Shown: positions 38,575 to 53,804, numbered from the stretch's first letter. The stretch is DNA of 64,000 bases from Eledone cirrhosa (GCA_964016885.1 OZ024740.1:254324001-254388000), one strand, 5' to 3'. Translations and numbers: made by a program. Notes: generated by a model not told the origin, from the sequence alone.

Positions 38575-38830
38575 AAACAACTATCTGGTTGTGGAACCAA
38601 TCAACCAACCAGAAATTTATAAATTTATTATAATAAATTGAAGTGAAAGCAACTGGTGCGTGTGTTTCTTATTGGCAACATGACCCTCCCAAAGTATAAC
38701 AACATGTATATATATATATATGTATATGTATATATATATATGTATATGTATATATATATATGTATATGTATATATATATATGTATATGTATATATATATA
38801 TGTATATGTATATATATATATGTATATATG

Positions 38831-38863
<33 letters not shown>

Positions 38864-38948
38864 GTATATATGTATATATATATATGTGTATATTTATATG
38901 TGTATATTTATATGTGTATATTTATATGTGTATATATATATATGTATG

Positions 38949-38979
<31 letters not shown>

Positions 38980-39052
38980 GTATATGTATATATATATATG
39001 TGTATATTTATATGTGTATATATATATATGTATGTATATATATAAATGTATG

Positions 39053-39119
<67 letters not shown>

Positions 39120-39309
39120 GTATATGTATATATATATATATGTATATATATATATGTATATATATATGTATATATATATGTATATATATATATGTATATA
39201 TATATGTATATATATATATATATATGTATATGTATATATGTATATGTATATATGTATATATATATGTATATATATGTATATATATATATGTATATATATA
39301 TATGTATAT

Positions 39310-39373
<64 letters not shown>

Positions 39374-39428
39374 GTATATATATATGTATATGTATATATA
39401 TATGTATATATATATGTATATATATATG

Positions 39429-39459
<31 letters not shown>

Positions 39460-39734
39460 GTGTATATGTATATATATATATATGTATATATGTATATGTA
39501 TATATATATATATGTATATACATATATGTATATGTATATGTATATATATGTATATATATGTATATATGTATATGTATATATATGTATATATCTATATATG
39601 TATATATATGTATATATATATATGTATATATGTATATGTATATATATGTATATATCTATATATGTATATATATGTATATATATGTATGTATATATATATG
39701 TATATATATGTATATATATATGTATATATGTATG

Positions 39735-39765
<31 letters not shown>

Positions 39766-40122
39766 GTATATATATATGTATATATATATGTATATATATA
39801 TATATGTATATATATATGTATATATATATATATGTATATATATATGTATATATATATATATGTATATATATATGTATATATATATATATGTATATATATA
39901 TGTATATATATATATGTATATATATATATATGTATATATATATGTATATATATATATGTATATATATATATATGTATATATATATGTATATATATATGTA
40001 TATATATATGTATATATATATATATGTATATATATATGTATATATATATATATGTATATATATATGTATATATATATATATGTATATATATATGTATATA
40101 TATATATATGTATATATATATG

Positions 40123-40153
<31 letters not shown>

Positions 40154-40216
40154 GTATATATATATGTATATATATATGTATATATGTATATGTATATATA
40201 TATGTATATATATATG

Positions 40217-40247
<31 letters not shown>

Positions 40248-40260
40248 GTATATATATATG

Positions 40261-40325
<65 letters not shown>

Positions 40326-40539
40326 GTATATATATATGTATATATATATATGTATATATATATGTATATATATATGTATATATATATGTATATATATATA
40401 TGTATATATATATATGTATATATATATGTATGTATATGTATATGTATATGTATATATATATGTATATGTATATATATATATGTGTATATGCATATATCTA
40501 TATATGTATATATATATATATATGTATATATGTATATGT

Positions 40540-41329
40540 ATCATCATCATCATCATCATCATCAGGTTTAGCGTCCGTGTTCCACACTTGCATGGGTTTG
40601 GACGGGGGTTTTCCCACTTGAGGCAAGAGTGGTTGTCTTGCTCGCATAGGACTGTCTAGCGGGTTTTCTACAGTTGGATGCCCTTCCTAACACCAACCAC
40701 ATTTACAGTGTGGGGCTGGGAGGTTTTTACCGTGTTGCCTACACGGCCACATTACAGCGTGGACTGTCTGGCGGGTTTTCTACAGCTGGATGCCCTTCCT
40801 AACACCAACCACATTTAGAGTGTGGGGCTGGGAGGTTTTTACCGTGTTGCCTACACGGCCACATTTACAGCGTGGACTGTGTTTTTTTTGTCGTGACACC
40901 TACACGATCTCATTTGTTTCGGCCTGGATGTTGTGGGACAACATAACTTTACATTGAAAGGGGCGGTGTGGATGGGGTGGAGGTGGTGGGACGGGAGGGT
41001 GTTTTGATAGAGATGCCTACTGACTGTAGTAGATTTTTACTTTGTATTTAGGTAAGGCGGGTCTTCTCTATTACTGAGTACCGCCAAAGGTCTCGGTCCA
41101 GTGACATTGTCTTGGAGAGGTGTAAGCGTGTGAGGTCGGAATTTATCAGCTCGTCCCATGTTTTTCTGGGTCTGCCTACTCCGTGACTACCGTCTATCTT
41201 TATTGCCCTGCACTTTGTTATACAGCTGTCGTCTTTCATGCGCATCACGTGACCGTACCAACGTAACCTTCTCTCGAGTAAACAACATCTGATCCCTCTT
41301 ATTTCTAATTTTTTCCTTAGTTCGTTTAT
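40540..41329 (-). mobile_element. RTE LINE family Y, short 3' fragment
   Basis: [12 protein letters not shown]...LRWYGHV...GRPRKTW, 3' UTR and (GAT)n tail; both ends in (TA)n. Confidence 0.92.
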
Positions 41330-41345
41330 ATATATATATATGTTC

Positions 41346-41395
<50 letters not shown>

Positions 41396-41666
41396 CTATA
41401 TATGTATATATCTATATATGTATATATATATGTATATATCTATATATGTATATATGTATATATCTATATATGTATATATATATGTATATATCTATATATG
41501 TATATATGTATATATGTATATATATATATATTTGTATATGTATATATATTTGTATATGTATATATGTATATATACATGTATATATATATGTATGTATATA
41601 TATATATGTATGTATATATATATATGTATGTATATATATATATGTATGTATATATATATATGTATG

Positions 41667-41701
<35 letters not shown>

Positions 41702-41721
41702 ATATATATATATATATATAT

Positions 41722-43390
41722 AAATTCTGTAACCTCTGTATACTAGAGACACACAATATTATCTTCTCCAACCGTAACCTACTTAACAAAAAATCTGAGG
41801 TGTTTGCAACTTGCCAGCACCGCCTCAGACATTCCTTCCAAAACTTTAAGCCCTATATATAGCAATGTCGGACTGGAACCTAACACCACATCTAGCATCA
41901 AACACCAGAGACACACCCTATACTACATACCCAACACTAGCTGATCCATTATAACACAAACAACGACATCCCTCTGGAACCCTTCGCAGGGAATATACCC
42001 ATTTATACCTCTACGGCAGGTGTGACAACATCCACCCACCTGGACGGCACTACACCGCTCTAAGAGTAATTTGAGCATGAATCGATCGGTTGGATGGTGT
42101 TGGGCAGAGGAAACACCTTCCTTAGACAGATGTAAAATGATTTAATCGAGTAGCGCTGTTGACTAGTAGGACCGGGCTGCTGAGCGCAGTGAGTGAATGC
42201 AATGCAACTGCCGTGCGGGTTGTACGTATATGGATGATCTGACGGTCAGAGAGGGGTCGCGAGGACTGCGGATTGACCTTTGGCCTGCCTGGGGACGATT
42301 ATCTTTCGACATCCAATGTAGCAAGCGATGACCCAGATCTTACCAGAGATCATTGGGTCCTGAAGCAATCCTGCAATCACCGCGCCTGGTCATATGAGCA
42401 GACTACAACCACAGAGATCATTAATTTAGAATCCTCGCTCATCATCTATAATTTCCATTTGTAGCACCTTAAGATGGGTTAATCCACCTTAATAATATTA
42501 TGATCTCCTTCAGCATAATTTAGTTAAACTACTCTATAGTTAGTACACTTTATGCTTTAAAAGTCTCTCTTGGAAGGTGCACCTCACCATAGAATTTAGG
42601 GTCCATATTGGGACACATTTTAATGGCTAGATATAGAAACCCCAGAGTTACCTCCCCGCATGCATTAACTCCCCTTAGCCACACACACACTTCCGGTATT
42701 CAATGGCGTCTCTCGAAACGTAACAACCTCCTGTATCGAACTAAGGAACACCAGACTACGATCTCTAACTGGATTGTCGTGGATTATGTGAAAGGCATAT
42801 AATCGAAATATACACTCCCTTGACCATGAAAATGCCGAAGTACATGAATTACGTGACATCCCTGCGTTGTGCATCTCCAATACTTATAACACTTTTAATG
42901 CTTGCACTATCTTTAATGTTTATAATATTTCTCCACACACAGACTACATCAATCATATAAAGACTTTGCCACCAGATCTACCAACCTAACACTCTTATTT
43001 ACCTACCTAAGTGCCTCTACCACACATATCTCTCTGCCACACTATATAAACAAGACGCACATGCGTGCCACACATATAACATTTGCACTATATAACCACT
43101 TATCTTCATGTTGTACTTTAACCTATATCTTTGATTTTTGATTGTACCTATTAATATAAATGTAATCTCGAAGTGTGTACTGCCACTCTAAATTTTGTAA
43201 TGAATGTTGACCCACAATGTTTGAATATGTATCAATGTTTGAATATGTATTGGTATGTCTCTCGGCTGAAAAGGAGGTCATATAACTGTCCATGCATTAA
43301 TAAATTGCTCCGAAGAATCCAAACCTCGGTTTGGAGGAAACAGCTGTAAGCACAATAATGTTTTGAACAGTTCTTTGATTCTTATATTTC
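41722..43390 (+). mobile_element. 5'-truncated Penelope-like element (endonuclease C-terminus, long 3' region, hammerhead)
   Basis: [34 protein letters not shown] aligns with KICNLCLNEKFTII...INRRSDLFSICLHK of ORF 45760-47499. Bounded by (TA)n on both sides. Confidence 0.8.
43306..43352 (+). ncRNA. Minimal type I hammerhead motif with a U4C core change
   Basis: TGCT-CCGAAGA-A-TCCAAACC TC GGTTTGGA-G-GAAA-CAGCTG-TA-AGCA, with palindromic stem III ACAGCTGT and a GUA triplet. Confidence 0.7.
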
Positions 43391-43403
43391 ATATATATAT
43401 ATG

Positions 43404-43476
<73 letters not shown>

Positions 43477-43491
43477 ATATATATATATGTG

Positions 43492-43662
<171 letters not shown>

Positions 43663-43665
43663 TTG

Positions 43666-43712
<47 letters not shown>

Positions 43713-43753
43713 TTGTATATGTATATATATATATGTATATATATATATATTTG

Positions 43754-43845
<92 letters not shown>

Positions 43846-43887
43846 TGTATATATATATATATATTTGTATATATATATATATATTTG

Positions 43888-43923
<36 letters not shown>

Positions 43924-43925
43924 TG

Positions 43926-43961
<36 letters not shown>

Positions 43962-44011
43962 TGTATATATATATATATATTTGTATATATATATATATAT
44001 ATATATATTTG

Positions 44012-44043
<32 letters not shown>

Positions 44044-44182
44044 TGTATATATATATATATATTTGTATATATATATATATATTTGTATATATATATATAT
44101 ATTTGTATATATATATATATATTTGTATATATATATATATATTTGTATATATATGTATATATATGTATATATATATATATAT

Positions 44183-44552
44183 GCTGGAGAGAAATGAGGC
44201 AAGCATGCTCCGTTGGATGTGCAGTGTAAATGTGCGTGAACGACCCAGCATAAATGTGTTGAGAGAGAAACTGTGTCTGAGAGGGATAGAATGTAGTGTA
44301 CGGGAGAGGAGACTGAGGTGGTATGGACATGTGATGCGCATGGAGGATGACCGATGGGTGAAGAAGTGCCAGGAAATGCCAGTTGAAGGAAGACGTGGTA
44401 GAGGTAGACCACGAAAAACATAGGCGGAGGTGGTGAGAACAGACCTCAGATCATTGAAGCTCACGGTGGAGATGACGAGGGACCGTGACGAGTGGAGAGA
44501 TGCTGTGCTGAATAAGACCCGTCCCACCCTTGCAAGCAGGGAAAAGCGGACG
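44183..44552 (+). mobile_element. RTE LINE 3' fragment (third family), running into an assembly gap
   Basis: [13 protein letters not shown]...[10 protein letters not shown]...GRGRPRKT; starts in (TA)n. Confidence 0.88.
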
Positions 44553-44752
44553 NNNNNNNNNNNNNNNNNNNNNNNNNNNNNNNNNNNNNNNNNNNNNNNN
44601 NNNNNNNNNNNNNNNNNNNNNNNNNNNNNNNNNNNNNNNNNNNNNNNNNNNNNNNNNNNNNNNNNNNNNNNNNNNNNNNNNNNNNNNNNNNNNNNNNNNN
44701 NNNNNNNNNNNNNNNNNNNNNNNNNNNNNNNNNNNNNNNNNNNNNNNNNNNN
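44553..44752. other. Assembly gap (200 N)
   Basis: Run of N; contiguity across it is not guaranteed. Confidence 1.
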
Positions 44753-47579
44753 GATATGAAGGCTAAAAAAAACACTTGTTGATAGTGCAGTTTTAAATCA
44801 ATATATGAAAAGTGGTTTTAGATTGATGTGTGAAATTGGGAAAAATATTTTATTTAGAGAGGGGGGGGGGGGATGAAAAGGGAAGGAGATGAGAGGGAGA
44901 GATGGGTGATAGAGAGAAAGAGATAGTTTTTATAACTGAGAGGAGATATATTTTTTACATAGAGGGGTTGAAAGATAACTGAGAGGAGATATATTTTTTA
45001 CATAGAGGGGTTGGAAGATACTGTATAAATTAAAAATTTTGAAAATTAACGAAGGGAGGATATGTGCGAGGAAAAAATATTTTATTTAGGGAGGGGGGGG
45101 GGTGGAAAGGATGAAAAAAAAGGGGGGAGGAGATGAGAGTGAAGGTGGAGAGGGAGAGATGGGTGATAGAGAGAAAGAGATTGTTTTTATAACTGAGAAA
45201 AGATATATTGTTTTAATATAGAGAGGTTGGGAACCGTTGGAAGATAATGTATAAATTAAAGGAATTTGAAAATTAACGAAGGGAAATTATGTATGAAGAT
45301 AGAGAGAAAAAAATAATAATTGTGGGTGAATATTCTAACGTCAAAAGAAGAAATGTATGTATTGTGGCAATTTCAAAATTAGCGAAGAGAAAGATTGTTA
45401 AGGTTTGTGTGTAGAAGGATTTGAGAAAAATAATGTGAAGTTAAAGTTTGTATATTGAATTGATATGTATTAATAATGAGTTCGTTGATGGGGAGAAAAA
45501 AATAATAATAAATTAAGGATGAGATTGAGATTAAAAAGATTTATGATAGAGAGAAAAAAATAATAATGATTGCGGATGAATATTCAAAATGTCAAAAACA
45601 AATGTTATTATTTTACGAGAAGATAGAATGAGGGTAATGAGTAAACGAGTATTATAGAGTGTATAATGCCCTTTAAAGTAAGGTAGATGGGTATATTTTA
45701 AAGAGGTGTATGTATATGTGCCTTTGAGAAAAGATTCTAAATTGATAAAGAATTGAATATTAACTGTATACTTTGTGAAAAGTTCTATGGAATTTATGCA
45801 GGCAGATAGAAAACAAATCTGAGCGTCTATTTATTATAGATTCTAGGTTAGAGATAATGGTAAACTTTTCATTTAGGCAGAGATTACAGATTTTAGATAG
45901 AGAGCTGTTCAAGTATGAGGATGCAGAAGAAATCTTTTTCCAAAAGATGTTATATTTAATGTTTTTGTCTTTTAAGGACCATATGAGTTCTGAGAGAGCA
46001 GTGTTAGTTCTTTTAAGTTTGTATTTGAAAGATGAATGATGATTATAGAGACGAGCTTTAAAAGAGGTGGAAGTGGAGCCAAAATAGGTGAAGGAATTGG
46101 TGCTAGTTATAATTTTACATTCATAAATTAAGTTTTTATCGAGGCAATGGTTGTTGAGAGGACATTTATTTTTAATGCGGCAGTTGCAATTAGAGAGATT
46201 ATTAATGAGTGATCTAGTGTTATCTATAGAAGGAATTGCATTGGAGAAGTTGTTTGCAATAGGAATAATAGTTTCTTGATTTAGAGTTGGATTATGAACA
46301 TTTAGCGAAGTTGTGTTTGACGTTGTATTTGGGTTTACAGAAGTTAGCCTAGGGTTTACAATGACGTCGGGAGTACTATTACTGTTATTATGAAATTCAA
46401 TATTGGAAGGAAGAGATTTAGTATTTAATATTTTGTTGTTGTGTTTAGAGATGATGTTGGAAATATTGGAGGATGTAGAATACGAAAATTTGATGGTGTG
46501 TTTGTTAAATATTTTACTATAGATATGTGAGGGAGGGAAGCATTTATTTAAGGCACTAAAAAATAATTTAGGAATATTGTTATTAATAGAGATGGAGAAA
46601 GGAGCATTATACCAGATTATGTTTTTGTATCTAGGTCTTTTATTAAAATTATTGGAATGGTCATGATTAATTATTCTACTGTAAGTTTTCCTAGAATTTG
46701 TTTCTTTATTATATTTGATTTTATCTGGATAGCCGGCTTTAGAAAGTGCGTTATTATAGTAATTGGCGTTAGCATCAAAGATGTTTTTATTAGAAGATAT
46801 GTTAGATATTCTATTTCCAATATTATTAACTATAGCATTCTTGATATTGGTAGGATGGTTAGATTTAAAGTTAACATAATTAAGATTCTCATTGTTTTTA
46901 TGGTAAGGGTAATATAGGCCAGTGTCAAGATTAAGAGATACATCCAAGAAATTAGCTAGTTTGATACTATTATCAAATTCAATTTTTAGGTTATGTTGGT
47001 TAAAGAGATTACGTATATTGTTCTTAATAATATTAAGTTTAACTATATTGCAATTTAGGATAGTAAAGAGTCCATCGTCACGATAAATTCCACCGCGAAG
47101 TTGAGGAATTTTCCGACTCAAAGAGTTCAAAATGAAGATACCAATTAAATCAGTCAATTGGGATGAATCGGATGCTCCCATTGTGATGTCGAAGTTGTTA
47201 GAGGTATCGGCTCTGGTCCAATATTCGTTGTTGAACTCTAGGATGGTTTTACGTGCGGTGAGGATGATGTGAAGTTCATCTGTGGTGATGTCAGAATATT
47301 TAAGTGCGAAAGATAGAGCATTATTGAGAAGTGAAGGCGAAATGGAGGAATAGTAGCTGGCAATATCGAATTGAATAAATTTTAGTTTGTTTTTATTATC
47401 CAATTTGTTGAACCAGCCAATCACTTCAGAAGTACCAAACCATAAATTTAGGTTTAAAGAAGAGCAATTAGAACTAACCTGTGGGATAATCCTATCCAAG
47501 ATGGCTTTACTAACAACCCCCAGATCAGATTTAGAGGGGGCGATTAATCTAACAGGTAGTTCAGTGCGAAAATTGTTTT
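44753..47579 (-). mobile_element. Penelope-like element, 5'-truncated at (TA)n, 3' end lost in the gap
   Basis: Open RT plus GIY-YIG frame 45760-47499: FIQFDIASYY, ITMGASDS, IYRDDG, NFLDV, IIWYNAPFS, linker CNCRIKNKC (CxCx5C), NLIY...YFG...FKARLYNH, CNLC. These features fit the Hydra clade of PLEs as I recall it; clade needs a tree. Confidence 0.9.
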
Positions 47580-47635
47580 ATATATTTATATATATATATA
47601 TATTTATATATTTATATATATATATATATATATAT

Positions 47636-49658
47636 GCATGGGAAGAAGAGACCCTACCCCACGTAGACCCTATAGAGGGACCAGCAGTACAAGTCAGCGG
47701 CAGCGTAGTAAGTAAGGCAATCAGAGATATGAAGATAGGGAAGGCAACCGGTCCATCGGGTATAGCTGCCGAGATGCTGAAGGCATCTGGGTCTGTAGGT
47801 CACACTATAACCACACGTATCGTTAACCAGGTAATACTAGAGGGGGCCATACCAAAAGATTGGTGCAGTAGCATCATTGTCAACTGCTACAAAGGTAAAG
47901 GCGATGCACTAGATAGAGGAAACTATAGAGGTATAAAGTTGATGGACCAGGTCATGAAAGTAACAGAAAGAGTTATAGCACAGCTGATTAGGGACCGGGT
48001 GAATATAGACGAGATGCAATTTGGGTTTGTACCAGGGAAAGGCACCACTGATGCGCTCTTCCTTGTGAGGCAATTACAGGAAAAGTACCTAGCTAAAAGT
48101 AAGCCACTCTACTTGGCATTTGTCGACCTTGAGAAAGCCTTTGACAGAGTTCCACGTGCAGTAATCTGGTGGGCTCTTAGAAAACTAGGAGTAGATGAAT
48201 GGCTTGTGAAAGCGGTACAAGCCATGTATAGGGGAGCAGTCAGCAAAGTTAGGATTGGCAATGAGTATAGCGAGGAATTTAGCGTACAGGTTGGGGTCCA
48301 CCAGGGCTCTGTTCTTAGCCCTCTCCTGTTCATCATAGTCCTGCAGGCAATAACGGAGGAGTTTAAGACCGGATGCCCATGGGAACTCCTGTATGCTGAT
48401 GACCTCGCACTCATAGCTGAATCTATGGTAGAACTAGAGAATAAATTCCAAACCTGGAAGCAGGGACTAGAGAGAAAGGGCCTCAAAGTCAACATGACAA
48501 AGACTAAGGTCCTTATAAGTAGACGAGAAAACAGAACCCAGATCCCCTCAGGGAAATGGCCTTGCTCAGTATGTAGGAAAGGTGTAGGTAGGAACTCCAT
48601 TCTCTGCCCCAAATGCAAACAATGGGTACACAAGAGATGTAGCGGGATCTCAGGAAGCTTAATTAAGAATGTAGGATTCACATGCAGCAGCTGTGCTGAA
48701 ACAGCAAGCAAACAGCCACAGGAAACAAGTACCACCAATCTCTGGGAGGGCCCTGTAGAAACAGTAGACAGCTTCTGCTACCTAGGTGACCGAATTAGCA
48801 ACGGAGGTGGGTGCTCAGAAAGTACAATAACTAGGGTAAGAACGGGATGGAAGAAGTTTAGGGAACTACTACCACTGCTAGCTGCAAAAGGCTTCTCCCT
48901 CAGAATGAAAGGCAGACTGTATGATGCGTGTATCCGAACAGCGATGTTGCATGGTAGTGAGACCTGGGCGCTGAAGGTGGAAGACTTACGTAGATTAGAG
49001 AGAAACGAAGCCTGCATGCTCCGATGGATGTGTAACAGTAATATACGTGAACGACAAAGCATAAATGAATTGAGAGAGAGACTGAGCATAAGAGGAATCA
49101 AATGCTGCGTGCAGGAGAGGCGGTTACGCTGGTATGGACATGTGATGCGTATGAAGGATGACAGCTGCATAAAAAGGTGCAGAGCACTAGAAGTTGATGG
49201 AAACCGCGGAGTGGGGAGACCCAAGATGACTTGGGATGAGGTGATAAAAGCCGACCTTACCCAACTACACCTCTCAAAGTCAATGACACACGACCGTGAC
49301 TTCTGGCGTCACGCAGTAATACAGGGTACCCGACCTCCCATGGGTACATGCTGAAGCATATAAACAATATGCCCCCCCCCCCCCCCCACCGCAAGGTGGT
49401 CGTGGAGGTGCCACGGCAAAAAAGCACCCGGCCCACACTGTAAAGTGGACGTGTAGACGCCACGAAAAAGCACCCAGCACTCACTGTAAATGAGGTTGGT
49501 GTTAGGAAGGGCATCCAGCTGTAGAAATCAAGCCAGATCAGTTCCTGTATGAGCAAGGCATGGTCAGCCGACCAGACACTGCCCACAACAGGACAACCCG
49601 TCTAACCCATGCTAGCGTGGAAGAACGGACGTAAAACAGTGATGATGATGATGATGAT
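47636..49658 (+). mobile_element. RTE LINE family X, 5'-truncated, RT frame uninterrupted
   Basis: FVDLEKAFD, GVHQGS, LYADD, C4HC3 finger and (GAT)n tail; both ends in (TA)n. Confidence 0.95.
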
Positions 49659-50046
49659 ATATATATATATATAAATATATATATATATAAATATATATAT
49701 ATATAAATATATATATAAATATATATATATAAATATATGGAAAGTTATATTTAAATTGTTGTGTTACAACTAGTAAATATTTATAACTGATATAAAAGCA
49801 CTCGACAAATATTTGGAGTATATTTACAATATTAAATAAATGGAAACTATATTTATAAAACCATATTTATTTCATTATATATATTTCAGGGATAACATAT
49901 TAACAACATGCTATGCCGTTTCGGACGATAGATAGATTTGGAATTGGAAAAAATGTTTTTAGATAAAAATAACAGATCCATTCATGTTGACTTATCTTGC
50001 AAATATAAATATATATATATATATATAAAAATATATATAAATATAA

Positions 50047-50099
<53 letters not shown>

Positions 50100-50480
50100 T
50101 ACATAGATATATATATATATATATAAATAAATATACATAGATATATATATATAAATAAATATACATAGATATATATAGATATATATATATAAATAAATAT
50201 ACATAGATATATATAGATATATATATATAAATAAATATACATAGATATATATAGATATATATATATAAATAAATATACATAGATATATATAGATATATAT
50301 ATATAAATAAATATACATAGATATATATAGATATATATATATAAATAAATATACATAGATATATATAGATATATATATATAAATAAATATACATAGATAT
50401 ATATAGATATATATATATAAATAAATATACATATATATATATATATATATATAAATATACATAGATATATATATATATAT

Positions 50481-52931
50481 CAAGTGGCCAGGAGGGAAGC
50501 TAGTAGACAAGTGTACTTCGCAAGAAGGGCAGCAGAGGAAAGAAAGTTCAAGCATGTTCTACAACGTGAGGACCAAAAACGTGAGGTGTTCAGGATTGCT
50601 AGGCAATGTGTCAATGAAAACCGTGATATTGTCGGGGAGAAGTGTGTACTTAACGATGATGGCATACTTGCCATCACCGACGCTGATAAGAAGGTAGCTT
50701 GGAAGTGTCACTACGAAAGGCTTCTAAATGAGGAGAATAAATGGGAGAAAGACAGTCTCCCCCACATCGACCCAATAGAGGGACCAGCAGTGTTAGTCGA
50801 GGGTAGTACAATAAGTAAGGCAATCAAAGATATGAAGACTGGTAAGGCGGCTGGGCCTTCGGAAATAGTTGCTGAGATGCTGAAGGCATCTGGTTCGGTG
50901 GGACACACCATGGTCACCCGGATAGTTAACCAAGTCGTCCAGAATGGGGTTGTTCCGAAGGACTGGCGTAGCAGCATCATCGTTAACTGCTATAAGGGAA
51001 AAGGAGATGCCCTAGATAGGAGTAACTATAGAGGCATTAAATTAATCGACCAGGTCATGAAGGTCACGGAAAAAGTAATAGCGCAACTAATCAGAGAGAG
51101 AATTGATCTAGATGAAATGCAGTTCGGGTTTGTGTCAGGCAAAAGTACCACAGACGCTCTTTTCATTGTACGACAACTACAGGAGAAGTACCTAGCTAAA
51201 AGTAAACCCCTATACTTAGCTTTTGTCGACTTGGAGAAAGCCTTCGACAGAGTCCCCCGTTCCATTATCTGGTGGGCTCTTAGAAAACTAGGTGTTGGCG
51301 AATGGCTTGTGAGAGCTATACAAGCCATGTATAAAGAAACAGTCAGTAAGGTTAGAATTAACAACGAATATAGTGAACAGTTTAGCGTAAAAGTTGGTGT
51401 CCATCAGGGCTCTGTTCTTAGCCCCCTACTATTTATTATTGCCCTTCAGGCTATAACACAGGAGTTCAAGACCGGCTGCCCATGGGAACTCCTATACGCA
51501 GATGATCTAACGCTCATAGCTGAACCAATGACCGAACTAGAGAAGAAATTCCAAACATGGAAGCACGGCCTAGAATCAAAAGGCCTTAAAATTAACCTGG
51601 CTAAGACTAAAGTTCTAGTTTGTAGGAAAGAAAATAAGGCGGCGGCCCCTTCCGGGAAATGGCCATGCTCAGTGTGTAGGAAAGGCGTAGGTAGAAACTC
51701 CATTTTATGTCCCAAATGCAAAGTATGGGTGCATAAAAGATGTAGTGGGATCACAGGTAAGCTAACTAAGAACATAGATTTTACATGTGGCCGGTGCTCT
51801 GGCTCAATAAGTAGCAGCAAGTGCCCACAGGATACTAGCTCTTTCAATTACGCAGAGGGTTCTATAGAAATAGTGGACAGCTTCCGTTACCTGGGCGATA
51901 AAATCAGCAGTGGGGGAGGGTGCTCTGAAAGTACTGTAGCTAGAGTCAGAACTGGATGGAAAAAGTTCAGAGAGCTTATACCACTATTGGCCGCTAAAGG
52001 GTTCTCCCTAAAAATGAAAGGCAGGTTATATGATGCCTGCATACGAACAGCAATGCTGCATGGCAGTGAGACCTGGGAATTGTGTGCAGAGGATATACAC
52101 AGACTAGAGAGGAACGAAGCTTGCATGCTCCGCTGGATGTGTAATAGTAATATACGTGAACGGCAAAGCATAAACGAACTAAGGAAAAAATTAGAAATAA
52201 GAGGGATCAGATGTTGTTTACTCGAGAGAAGGCTACGTTGGTATGGTCACGTGATGCGCATGAAAGACGACAGCTGTATAACAAAGTGCAGGGCAATAAA
52301 GATAGATGGTAGCCACGGAGTAGGCAGACCCAGAAAAACCTGGGACGAGCTGATAAATTCCAACCTCACACACTTACACCTCTCCAAGACAATGTCACTG
52401 GACCGAGACCTTTGGCGGTACTCAGTAACAGAGAAGACCCGCATTACCTAAATACAAAGTAAAACCTACTACAGTCAGTAGGCATCTCTAACAAAATACA
52501 CCCCCGTCCCACCACCCCCACCCCATCCACACCGCTCCTTTCAATGTAAAGTTATGTTGGTGCCACAAAATCCAGGCCGAAACATATGAGATTGTGTAGG
52601 TGTCACGAAAAAAAAACACAGTCCACGCTGTAATGTGACCGTGTAGGCAACACGGTAAAAACGTCCCAGTCCCACACTGTAAATGTGGTTGGTGTTAGGA
52701 AGGGCATCCAGCTGTAGAAAACCTGCCAGACAGTCCATGCTGTAATGTGGCCGTGTAGGCAACACGGTAAAAACCTCCCAGCCCCACACTGTAAATGTGG
52801 TTGGTGTTAGGAAGGGCATCCAACTGTCGAAAACCCGCCAGACAGTCCTATGCGAGCAAGACAACCACTCTTGCCTCAAGTGGGAAAACTCCCGTCCAAA
52901 CCCATGCAAGCATGGAACACGGACGTTAAAC

Positions 52932-52967
<36 letters not shown>
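50481..52967 (+). mobile_element. RTE LINE family Y, 5'-truncated, RT frame uninterrupted
   Basis: ORF 50484-52451 (655 aa), two 3' UTR units and a (GAT)12 tail; both ends in TA-rich repeats. Confidence 0.95.
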
Positions 52968-53096
52968 ATATATATAAATATACATAGATATATATATATA
53001 AATATACATAGATATATATATATATAAATATACATAGATATATATATATATATAAATATACATAGATATATATATATAAATATATATAAATATACA

Positions 53097-53146
<50 letters not shown>

Positions 53147-53190
53147 GATATATATATATATATAAATTATATATATATAAATATACATAC

Positions 53191-53233
<43 letters not shown>

Positions 53234-53250
53234 TACATATATATATAAAT

Positions 53251-53299
<49 letters not shown>

Positions 53300-53331
53300 T
53301 ATATATATATAAATATACACATATATATATA

Positions 53332-53374
<43 letters not shown>

Positions 53375-53379
53375 TACAT

Positions 53380-53422
<43 letters not shown>

Positions 53423-53427
53423 TACAT

Positions 53428-53462
<35 letters not shown>

Positions 53463-53487
53463 TACATATATATATATATATATATAT

Positions 53488-53522
<35 letters not shown>

Positions 53523-53618
53523 TACATAGATATCTATATAAACACAATATCGGAGAAAGCTTTTTAGCGATACTCCGACCAAATTCCAACTCACTCAACA
53601 ATATATATGGTTATATAT

Positions 53619-53675
<57 letters not shown>

Positions 53676-53804
53676 AATATATATAAATATACATATATAA
53701 ATATATATAAATATACATATATATATATATATAAATATACATATATATATATATATAAATATATATAAATATACATATATATATATATATAAATATATAT
53801 AAAT

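Larger units (their letters stand above)
37246..38702. mobile_element. Non-coding fold-back (Penelope pLTR-like) element whose right arm is interrupted by an RTE
   Basis: Perfect inner inverted repeat 37389-37465 / 37491-37567. Outer arms 37246-37378 / 38573-38702 are near-perfect reverse complements. Confidence 0.8.

Noticed and set aside
47387-47635. N-terminal extension of the 655-aa RT ORF (likewise 37166-37286 for ORF 35664-37286)
   Set aside because: Chance read-through from flanking sequence (antisense Penelope for the first ORF) and TA repeat into a 5'-truncated RTE.
49900-49995. Minus-strand CAACATG...GTCC-GAAAC...CATGTTG resembling a hammerhead in a TA-flanked insert
   Set aside because: The CUGANGA box is absent and stem III does not form; at best a decayed remnant.
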